This document shows, piece after piece, positions 53,298 through 64,000 of a stretch of 64,000 nt of DNA; positions within the stretch are counted from its first letter, which is position 1, and each line of letters starts with the position of its first letter. The translations under genes were made by a program, and so were the position numbers. The stretch covers positions 6,048,122 to 6,112,121 of the forward strand of contig MU053810.1 of assembly GCA_013239625.1 (NCBI GenBank), written 5' to 3'. The notes under the pieces were generated by a model. The model did no database searches and was not told the origin of the DNA. It saw nothing but the letters and a program-made list of their open reading frames with translations. This stretch comes from Lama guanicoe. Its lineage: Eukaryota.

Positions 53298-56162
53298 CAG
53301 AGGATCAAGACGGTGGAGTAGGAGGCCGAGGAGCTCGCCTCCCAGCACCAAGCGTATCAAAAATACACTGACACGTGGAACAATTCCCACAGAAAACCAA
53401 CTGGAAACTGGCAGAAGACCTCTTACACAATCAAAGCTGCAAAAAAGATCTCTACATAACTGTGTAGGATGGGTAAAAAAAAAAAAAGAAAAAGGCATCA
53501 GGATGGGACAGCGTCCCTAGGAGGGATGGTGAAGGAAGGCGGGAAGGTCCACAAAGGCAGGCCCCTCACCCAGGGGAGCCCCCTGTCTCCCCGGAGGTCC
53601 ACTGGGACAGGCAGAGGGGCTGGAGGGGCCTGACTCCGCTGGGAGGCGTGCGCATGTGCCGACTTGCTAGCTGCAGAGATCCGCACATGCGCACTTGGCT
53701 GCCGCAGGGCCTTGTGCCTGCGCTTCCCGGTCCAAAAGTCAAGGGGCGCTGCCAGTATCAACGGCGGCTAGGGGCTGAATCTCAGGGGTCCGCCCAGGAG
53801 AGGACTTGGTCTAGTTGCGCAGACAGCCCAGAGGGCCTGGGATATGGTCAACAGGGCCTATTTTTCCCTCACATATGGTGGGGGTGGGTCCAGCAGTGGT
53901 GGGCCTGGCATCCACAATGGGTGATGCCACAGAAACGCACGTCTTGAGTGGACAGCCCCTGGGAGGAGTAGGGCATCCGTTCACTTCCCAGCAGGAGTGC
54001 TCTGGTTTGCCCACCCCACACCGCAGCTTAGAGCTGCATCTGAGGCTGTCACCATCTGCAGATGACATGATACTCTACACAGAGAACCATAATGACTCTA
54101 TGCAAAAACTATTAGAACGTATAAATGAATTCAGCAAGGCAGCAGGATACAAGATTAATGTAACAAAATCTGTTGCATTTCTTTATGCTAACAATGAAAT
54201 ATCAGAAGGTTAAAAAAAAAATCCCATTTAAAACCTCATCGAAAAAAACCCCTACAAATAAACTTAACCAAGGAGGTGAAAAACCAATACATTGGAAACT
54301 ATAACATTGATAAAGAAAACTCAGGATGATTCCAAGAAATGGAAAGATATCCCATGCTCTTGGACTGGAAGAATTAATACTGTTAAAATGGCCATCCTAC
54401 CCAAAGCAAGCTATAGATTTAATGCAATCCCTATCAAATTACCCAGGACATTTTTCACAGAACTTGAATAGTCCTAAAATTTATACGGAATCACCAAAGA
54501 CCCAGAATTGCCAAAGCAATCCTGAGGAAAAAGAACAAAGCTGGAGGCATAACCCTTCCAGACTTCAGATACTACAAGATACAGTAATCAAAACTGTATG
54601 CTATTGGCACAAAAACAGACATATCGATCAGTAGAACAGAACAGAGAGCCCAGAAATAAACCTACACACCCACGGTCAATCGATCTGCAACAAAGGAAGC
54701 AAGAATATACAATGGAAAAAAGACAATCTTTCAACAAGTGGTGTTCAGAAAGCTGGACAGTTGCATGTAAATCAATGAAATTAAAACACTCCCTCACACC
54801 ATATACAAGAATAAACTCCAAACGGTTTAAACACCTAAATGTAAGACATGACACTATAAAACTCCTAGAAGGGAACATAGGCAAAACATTCTCAGACATA
54901 AGTCAGCAATATTTTCTTAGGTCAGTCTCCCAAGGCAAAAGAAATAAAAGTAAAAGTGAACAAATGAGACCTAATCAAACTTAAAATCTTTTGCACAGTA
55001 AAGGAGACCAACAACAAAATAAGACAACCTACAGACTGGGAGAAAATATTTGCACATGATGCCACTGACAAGGGGTTAATATTCAAAATATACAAATAAC
55101 TCATACAACTCAATATCAAAAAAACAAACAACCCAAACAAAAAATGAACAGAAGACCTAAGTAGACATTTCTCCAAAGAAGACATGCAGATGGCCAATGA
55201 GCACATGAAGAGATGTTCAACGTCGCTAATTAGAGGAATGCAAATCAAAACTACAATGAGGTATCACCTCACATAGGTCAGAATGGCCATCATTAAAAAG
55301 TCAACAAATAACAAACGCTGGAAAGGGTGTGAAGAGGGAATCCTTTCACACTGTTGGTGAGTATGTAAATTGGTGCAGCCACTATAGAAAACAGTATGGA
55401 AGTTGCTTAAAAAACTAAAGACAGAGCTACCATATGATCCAGCAATCCCATTCCTGGGCCTGTATCTGGAAAAGATAAAAACTCTAATTCGAAAAGATAC
55501 ATGTACCCCCAATATTCATAGCAGCACTATTTACAATAAGCAAGACATGGAAACAACCCAAGTGTCCATCAACAGACGACTGGCTTAAGAAGATGTGTTT
55601 GGTGTGTGTGTGTGTGTGTACATATATATATATACGTATATATATATATATATATACGTATATATATATACACACACACATCTAATATAAAGGAATATTA
55701 TTTCACAGCCATGAAAAAAGAATTAAAATATTGCCATTTGTAGCAACATGGATGGACCTAGAGAATATTATACTAAGCAAAGTAAGTCAGAGAGACAAAT
55801 ATATCACCTATATGTGGAATCTTAAAAAATAATATAAATGAATCTATATACAAAATAGAAACAGACTCACAGACATAGAAAATAAAACTTACGGTTACCA
55901 TAGGGAAAAGAGAGGTGCAGGGATAAATTAGGAGTACAGGATTAACCGATACAAACTACTGTAAGTAAAACAGATAAGCAACAAGGATTTACTGAACAGC
56001 ACAGGGAACTACATTCAGTATCTTGTGATAACCTAGAGGGGAGACAATCTGAAATATATATTATTTATATATATAATAATCTGAAACATCTAATACCACG
56101 TTGCTGTACACTTGAAACTAGCACAATATTGTAAGTCAACTACACTTCAATTAAAATAAAAA
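53298..56162 (+). mobile_element. Internally deleted L1 (5' UTR fused to ORF2 RT-to-3' end), inserted in an old L1MC-like remnant
   Basis: GC-rich 5' UTR 53298-54045, then ORF2 text from [10 protein letters not shown] at about 54050 to 3' UTR and A-tail; degenerate TSD aaagactcaggaca / aaagattcttgaca. Confidence 0.88.
55603..55680. repeat. Compound (TG)n(TA)n(CA)n microsatellite
   Basis: Read directly from the sequence. Confidence 0.9.
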
Positions 56163-56896
56163 GATTCTTGACAACTAAATGCAACATGAGATCCTGGACT
56201 GGATTCTGGATCAGAAAAAAAAATTTTCCCGTTTGTTAGAACAAGAAAATTGTTAAAACTGGAGTAAGATCTATCTACAGATTATCAAAATCCCAAAAAT
56301 AGGTGTTCTGCAGATTTGACCCACATATCAAAATTCTGCAGTGGCCCCAATGTGGCTTTGAAAATGAGGCAACAGGAAGACAGTCCATTGATTCCAGGCC
56401 ACACGCAGCACTGGAGAGAATACAAATTCAGGAAAAAAAAGTGCAAAAAATAAATGAATCTGCAGGATCATCATACCCAGTTCTAGGTTCAAATCCTGGC
56501 TCAGCTACTGTCTGACAGCAGAGAGGAGACACCAGGGCCCTCTGGAGTCAGTCCTGTCAGATTTTCTGGGGACCAGGTCACAGCGTTCATCGGTAAGCTA
56601 CAGAATGGATCTGGCATGACTACATACAGAAGCCAGTAGCCAATCATCTTTTAAGATTACTTCTACTTTGACATCAATCAATGTTGGTGTTGCAGATCAC
56701 TCCTAAACAGTCCTCTCTCAGATTCAATACTATTTTCCATTAAATAATCCTTAGGACAATGAATTATATGCTGCTAAGCTTCCTTCAAATTCCTATAATA
56801 TCTTGGAATTCCATTAGTTCTTCTGTAACAATTCTGATGTTTAAATTTTCCTTACCCTTTTTTTGGGTAACTCTAATGTGCTTTTTAAAAACATTA

Positions 56897-56998
56897 TTTG
56901 TGGGGGATAATTAGGTCTATTTATTTATTTTTAGAGGAGGTACTGGGGATTGAACCCAGGAACTTGTACATGCTAAGCATGAGCTATACCCTCCCCCC
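56897..56998 (-). mobile_element. Vic-1-like SINE (internally shortened)
   Basis: ggaggtactggggattgaacccagg...gagctataccctcccc. Confidence 0.8.
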
Positions 56999-58915
56999 TC
57001 TAATTTGCTTTGCACGCATTCTTTTAAAGCCACAGTCTTTGCGTTTTAAATACCAGGAGCACATAAAAATAGTAATTTTGAATATATAACACCTCTGGAA
57101 CATCTCTATCCATAGGCACTTAAATTTAGAAACTTTTATTCAGAGAGCTCACACTATGATTTTGCTTTATTATTCTAACAGCTCTGGAGCTTAGGAATAA
57201 ATCACATGAAAAGCGGGTAGTTCTGGGATGAAGCCAGCATGCCTCCCAGTGGAGGGCGTAAAACATCTCTTTTGTGATGAGGGTCGAGCCATGTTAATTA
57301 TGTAAGTCCCTTTTTACTTGCTAATCTGTGAAGAATGAGGTCTTCTTCATAATCGAATACACGTGCTATCCTGTCTTTGGCTTCCTCAGCAGAGGACAGT
57401 GAATTCAGTTCTTCCTTGAGGCCATGGGTTCATTTCTGTAGGCTCTGCACAGGATCCGATCACTGAGCTCCCCAGCCTGGTTCTGGCTCCAGTGGGGGCT
57501 GCTGGCTGTCGCTGTGGGAGGTCCACATTGTGTGGACAGCAACCCTCAGTGTTTCCAGTTTCAACTGCCTCACCAGCTGCTCGTACTTCTAATTGCAGTG
57601 TCAAGCTTGGGAGGTCGGCACTTAACACACTAGTGGTGGCTTATGAGGACGGGTCTCCCATCTCCTTGGATATTTTCATCGTCAAGTAGAAGATGATCAA
57701 TGAAGGACTCATGTCACAGCTTTATGGGGCCCATTTAAATCAGTCATTCTTTTATTTAGCATTCTACTGTCTATCATATTTTTGTCTCTCTCTCTCTTTT
57801 TTTTTTTTTTTGAAAAGCACACTTGAAATTTCTTGGAAATTAGAAAAAAAAAAGCTCTTTCAACAAAAAGACAAAAATGGCTAAGATTGCAGCCAGCATG
57901 TTCTACATAATTCACATTCCTCAGGGTTTCAATTAGGTCTTTTTAGGAAGAAATGTTGGCCTCATTCTATTCTGGCTCACAATCACACATTTCTTGACAC
58001 TTTTCCAAACAGAGACACTATTGGCAAGGGACTTTTTCACCTGGGAGGCCTGAGAAAAAGCTCTCTTCAGCTGTAATTATGTTGAGCATATCATGACACT
58101 AATTGACATTTGCTTCTTAGAAGCCTTTTTTTCTTGTTGCTTTAATTACAAGGGCCTCTTAATTGCCCAGTTTTCATCTCATGTTTATCTGTTAGGCTGA
58201 GAGATGGTCAGATGGACAATTCTCTGGAGAGAACTGTCTCTCATTCACGAGCTAGCACTGAACACCACATTTTAGTCTACAGGTTAAGGATCATATGAAC
58301 TGATTTTTGAAAAGGAAAATTATGTGAAGAGTGGCGAGAAGGCCAAGGAGAAAGCAAAGGGTGAAAAAAGTTATGGTTCACATTCAGTTTACACTTGGAG
58401 GAAAAATGGTTTGTTTGTATTTCATAAAATTGGAAGGATCTACTACTTATGAAGAAGTACACAGAACACTAGTACACTCTAGTGCGCATTTTCCTCTGGG
58501 TCAATATTATATTTAAGAACACAGCACTTCATAACTTTGTACGTGTAAAATGTCAGACATAGTGTGTGATAAACACAAGAGAAACTATGATAAGTTGCTC
58601 AAAATGTTGCAGTTTGGAAGTTAGATTGGGGAATATATTATAAAGCTAATTTTCATTCAATCCTTGGGAGGAAAGATAAAAACTTAAATGTCTGCACAGC
58701 AGAAGAAGTCAGCAAAGGTGAAAACCACAGAAGTTCTTTGCTGTTTGTGGGAGGTAATTCGTTTCTCATTGACCTCTTGGGATTCTGATTACTATTTAAG
58801 TTTCTCCAGTGAAATTTTTTCTAGGAGAATTAGCTCCCAAGGAAAAGCTAGGAGGTTTTTTGTTTTTGTTTTTGTTTTTGTTTTTTTAACTATCTAAAAG
58901 ACAGGACGTACATAC

Positions 58916-59025
58916 TGCTTTACAACTGTTGGCAATCAGACTTGCAGTCTTCTTGAATGTCTTTTCAAGGTAGTGTGCAAATCTTTCATTCTCATTTTCT
59001 TTTGACCCAAGCTGAAGAAATTCAC
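58916..59025 (-). CDS. PDSS1: PDSS1 exon 8 (110 nt), GEFLQLGSKENENERFAHYLEKTFKKTASLIANSCKA
   Basis: tag|GTGAAT and GCA|gtatgt; KTASL motif. Confidence 0.96.
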
Positions 59026-59126
59026 CTATAAAGAAAGAAAGGGGTCATTTGAGATATGGATTTTTTTTTGCCTGCCAAAATCCTAGGAGATTAAATAAAA
59101 AAGAAGAAAAGTCAGAATTAACCTAC

Positions 59127-59238
59127 CACGCACCAAATCTTCAATCACCTGGGTTAAAATAGATATAACAGTTGTATTTCCAGTTCGTGCCAGAGCCATC
59201 GATGCCGCAGAAAGAATTAAATCCCCAGCAAGGACAGC
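59127..59238 (-). CDS. PDSS1: PDSS1 exon 7 (112 nt), AVLAGDLILSAASMALARTGNTTVISILTQVIEDLVR
   Basis: tag|GCTGTC and GTG|gtaggt; AVLAGD motif. Confidence 0.96.
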
Positions 59239-61777
59239 CTAGAAAAGAAGAAAAACTTAAAGTATCCGAGCATTGGAGCCAATGAAGTTGACTTCTCAGA
59301 AGAGAAACATTGAACGGGAGGGCGGGGTCCCCTTGGGTCTAAGATTTTCCCCCTCCTCTTCCTCAGCATGATGGTATCAGTCACAGATGTGGGAGGTGTT
59401 TGAACTGGATTGGCTCTCAGAGATTACGGGGTCTGTCTTTCCAGTTCAGAGCTGAAGGAGGCGGGAAGTAGCTGACCCTCTGGCTTCATTCCTGGCCCTG
59501 GCAAAACGGCAAAACACAGCTGCCTTTAGTTTAGTTACGCTGGACCATTCGCTCTCCCCTCAAACCAGGCGGTTTAGCCTCTGCACTTACTGTTTTTTTC
59601 TGCTCAATAAGTCTCTCCCCTTCTTCACCTGGCAGACTCATTTGCATACTCAGGTGGCACCTACAGGAAGTTCACTCAGACCCTCTGTCTCATCTTCTGT
59701 GAACACGGCATCCCCTGGACACTGTTGTCTTCCCACATTTTTTTCCTATTTACAAACTCCTAAGGGCATGGACTGGGAATTGTCCAGCTAGTATGCAGCA
59801 TGCACCAGCGCCTGGCACAACCCACGCTTTTCTCAATGAAAACTAACCAAGGAATCTTGGCTCCAAGCTCAATGATCTTTGCACCCCATGACACTGCCCC
59901 TCATTCCAGGACAAAAAATCTTTTTCACTAAACCCTAGACAACATTTTTCCAATCTTCTTTAGATTGTGAGTACATGTCTATACTGTATTTAAAACTAAT
60001 TATAAATTATGCATGATTGAATTGCACGCTGTAATCAAATACACTAATCTGCACAAAGACATGCATAAGTGTTACAGAGTAGCTATAAATGACAGAGTTC
60101 GTGGAGCTCTTAATTCATGGAATTGGCAACATTACCACATTTTAAGTTTTTAATGTCTGTCCTCTAGTTTCTAAAATCAGTGACATTCAGTATGTTTACC
60201 AATTGATCATTTTGTGTAACGTACATTGTATAAGCTATACAATTGATATAAACGTGACTATACACTTATAAAATCACTGTACACATTACGATATATAAGC
60301 ACACACACATCCACCCCTACATCACTAGCCACTGAGAGCTCAGGACCGCTAGGCTTTGACTTCTTTCCTCTCCTGGCCCTGGGGATCCCAGAGGCCAAAA
60401 GGTTCCAGCATTTGGAACTGAAGCTGCCACCTTGGGGATGGCTAGGGTAAGGGGCTAAGGGAAAGATGTGCCAGGGTCCCAGGCAGGGGAACGAGGCTCA
60501 TGGAGAAGCTATTCTGTGAATGGATTTTTACTGGTAACACAGTAGTTTTGTTTGAGGGACAGAATAGTGGAGGAGACTGGCAGGCGGCCCCGTGCAGGGC
60601 AGACCAGTCTCACGGCTCAGAGGCAGGTGACAGTGGAAACACAGTCTTTCACGCGTGCTCAGAAAAGTAGAGGCAGTTGGCAGAGGGGACCAGCCAAGGA
60701 GAAAACCTTAACTTCAAGTTCACTCATTCCTCCTCCTCCGCCCATACACTCGGGTACCAAGGCTTTAGGACAGGCCCTGAAAACGGCCCCAGCCGACTGC
60801 AGGACGTGCCACGGAGGCACCCGTGACCTCTCCACAATGCAGCTCCACCCTTCCCACCAACAGTCTGATGCATGGAGTTCTGTCCACAGGACAAAAACCT
60901 CGTCGTCTAAAAATCTGAAATCAGAGGCTTACCATTGAAACTGCAGGGCTTGACACAGCAAAACCAGCATGTCGAGATAATAATTAAGATGCATTTCTTC
61001 TTTGACTCCAATTAGAAAACAGGTGGGAACCAGGTCCGACAGACAGGAGAGAGAGGGGCAGGGAAACTTCCGTCCCGTGAATGTTGTGTTTGTGCTTCGG
61101 GAGGGCAGGGGAGGGGGTGCCCGTGCGCTGGGAGACGCCGCTCCCAGGAGGCCTGCGGGTCTTGTCTGCCCAACTTCACCCCTTCCTCAACCCATGACTT
61201 AAACATCCTCAAACAAGACTCCACATTCTACACGTCCCCTTCAAGAAATGCTACTGAAATACGTAACACATACACATGAACCAACTCAATTATAGTGCCT
61301 CTATTTAAAAAGGTAAAAATTTCATGGGCAAACAGTACCCCTCTGAGATAGATACAGATGGGTATTCAGACATATATACACATGGTTTCAGTTGTATGTA
61401 CTTGCCCTGACACTCCGGCATGTGGCAATTAATACATGAAGTAATTAATGTGAATCTGAGTGATCTCAGCCCCAAAGCAAAAGGTGTGATTCCTCATGAA
61501 ATATGCTTTCTGGATAACTACAAAAATCTCTTTCCTTAACCAAATTCTATATAAAACTGTGAATAAACAGGAATGCTAAGTTGTTTTTTTTTCCCCTATG
61601 GTATTATCTATGATCAAACAGCCATATACAGACCAGACATGGAAACTATTCTGAAAGCTGGCAGACCACATTTGAGGAAGCATATTTCATTTTTCAATGA
61701 GACAACTCTGAAAAATAAATGCAATTCAATGAACGTGGGATTTGCTAAGAAAGAGTTAAAAAACCCAAAAGCCGTAC

Positions 61778-61919
61778 CTTCTTTTCCCCCCAGATCTTAT
61801 TAACTGTGTGTTTTCCTCTCCGGGAACTGGCGTCGTCGATGACGTCGTCATGCACCAGGCTGGCAGTGTGGATCATTTCTGCTATTAAGGCTATGGTGCG
61901 CTGGCTGGCTTGCACATCT
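61778..61919 (-). CDS. PDSS1: PDSS1 exon 6 (142 nt), DVQASQRTIALIAEMIHTASLVHDDVIDDASSRRGKHTVNKIWGEKK (first Asp-rich motif)
   Basis: tag|AGATGT and AAG|gtacgg; HDDVIDD...RRG motif; upstream exons lie outside the window. Confidence 0.97.
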
Positions 61920-64000
61920 CTAGTTAACAGAAAGCAATGCTTTTTTAACACAGACGCCACCTATAACCTTCTCAGCAATCATCTTGTGAAAACTGGACAT
62001 CAGATCTAGTATAAAGAATTTTATTTCTCTAAGAGAAACTGCATAAAAACTTCGGCTTCCCTACATAGCCGATTCTATCTTCTGGAGAACATATTAAAAA
62101 CGCAGAAGATACCCTGCACCAGGATTATGTTTTAGGGACACATTAAGAAGTAGAATTTATATAATTAACGACAGAAAAAGGATAAACATCTTAGAAGTCT
62201 GGGTATCAGGCTGAAGAACTGTCTTTATGTCTTGTAACGGTGGTCTGAGTCAGTTGATCAAGTTTACAATCAGGTTATAATTAAATCCCAGGGATGGATG
62301 GGGAAGATGGGGAAGACGGGTGAATTTAATATTAGCTTAAATGTTTAGTAAGAAGACCTGCTGGAATCCCTAATTCCAATTCATATTTAACCTGCAAATT
62401 AGAAATTTAAATGTTTCCTTCCCAGATTTAACACAAAACACTCCCAAGAAGACAGACTGATGTGAGTTTTACAGTTAAAAGGGAACCCCATTTCTTTTTA
62501 ATTATCATCATCTATGCGAATTTTTAAAAACTGAATTTCCAAAAAATCAAACTGAGGAAAATAACCAGCTGAATTTTCTGAACGTAAAACAGAAGGCTGG
62601 CTTAAACACATGCTAACCAAACGTTTCACTTATTCCAATACCTTACTTTGCAAATATCACCACGTTCTCTCTCAGAGGAGAGAAGCGTTAGAGGGATACT
62701 GAAATGTGGCTTTTTCTTTAAAAAAAAAAAAAATCTAATCTGAACATCTGCAAAAGCCAGTGCTCATCCGAATTCCTCAGATCTAGCAGAAGCCATGAAA
62801 AATGAAGTGGAACTGCACTACAGACGCTGGGATTTAACCGCAAACACCGAATCAGCCCGAACGGTATCTTCCTGACTTGCTTTAAATGTAATTTTAAAAT
62901 GTGGTGCTTTGCCGGCAACTCTTAAGATTTTTAGAACTAAACCTCAGAACCTTCCAACTGCTGTGAGCCCGGAAATCAACTGTAAAGTGCTGCTCATTAT
63001 TTATTAATATGTCACAACTTCAACAGTTCTAGATGCTTCCGATCACAACACATTTTTTGGAGGGGCAGGAGTAAAGCAACCGAGAAAGGGGTACAAATCA
63101 TCCTGCGAAACCACTTTGGTTGAGGAGAAAATGGACTAAGCAGCTTCTAAGCTTTTTCTGAATCCCTCAGCAAGCCATTTACAGAGCCTAGAGAAGGGAG
63201 CTTGGACCTTAAATATTTTTCAGGTAAATTTACTGGATCCTGTCTTACCTGAGTTGCTTGTGCAAGAACAGATGTAGCCTTATACAGTTGTTTTTTTAAA
63301 AATAAATATAAAGGCTATGTTTTTAGAATATTTTCTCAAGTGAATTTCACTCACTGAAATATATACCTGCTACTGGTTAACAGCAGATCTGACGTGAAAA
63401 CAACTGGTAAGACTCGAGCCTTCCTCACACATCTACAGGTTGGGTACCACATCCATCAGCACAAACCACGTCGGCAGGCAGGGCCCCTGCTGTCGAGCTG
63501 CACTCGGACAGGAGTGCTCACTGAGATGCTGGGGCTTTTGTCTTTGTTTTAGTGCCTTCCAAGTACAAAGATTTCTTACAATAGTTTGAAATTTCATAGA
63601 CTCTACATGTATGTAAAAAATGCCATATTGCATGGCTAAATTCCCGACGGGTGAAACAGGATTCCTGCTTAGAATGTTCTTCCTTGGCATTGTGACACAG
63701 CCCCTACCTAGGAGAAACATATTTTAGACACTTTATCATTTTTCCTGATGTACTTTTTCCTCTACAATGAGGCTTTGGTGTGTGTCAGCTTCTATCTGGA
63801 AAACACCGCCACAGTGTGTCCACAGCACAGCACTTGGTCTGGAACTCGAATCTCCAGATTACAAGAACAACTCGCACTGTCTTTAAGACGAAATCTTGGA
63901 AGTACCAAACTGAGTCATGCCATCAGAAGCTGGGCACCATTTCTACTTCCTGCTGCCACACTTTCCCAACTTTGGGAGACGAGCTAAGAAAAGCCAGCCA

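Noticed and set aside
57300..57760. Coding-looking unique stretch in PDSS1 intron 8 (possible retrocopy or hidden exon)
   Set aside because: I could not recognise homology, TSDs or convincing splice sites; it needs a BLAST search before any claim.

Overview
Mammalian (non-human) genomic DNA, most likely a camelid, inferred from four copies of a Vic-1-like tRNA-derived SINE. The window holds the 3' parts of two convergent genes. ABI1 (+ strand) has coding exons 3-12 (human numbering) at 13034-38671, including a 15-nt microexon, symmetric proline-rich cassette exons and the C-terminal SH3 domain. PDSS1 (- strand, decaprenyl-diphosphate synthase subunit 1) has exons 6-12 at 61919-40755. All exons have GT-AG boundaries and matching phases. 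The two 3' ends abut or overlap around 40.3-40.65 kb. The introns contain a decayed ERV-L-type provirus (LTR40/HERVL40-like) with no visible RT but an env-TM-like remnant, a nested MER41-like solo LTR, L1 fragments (two joining a 5' UTR directly to the 3' part), L2, hAT DNA transposons and SINEs. The most striking item is a perfect U6 snRNA retrocopy fused to an mRNA 3' end resembling RPLP0, with a 13-bp TSD. I see no evidence for a wholly new multi-gene system; the best leads are retrotransposition chimeras and splicing/3'-end regulatory structures. Most of the supplied ORFs are spurious or repeat-derived. Repeat family names and human comparisons come from recall, not from a database search.
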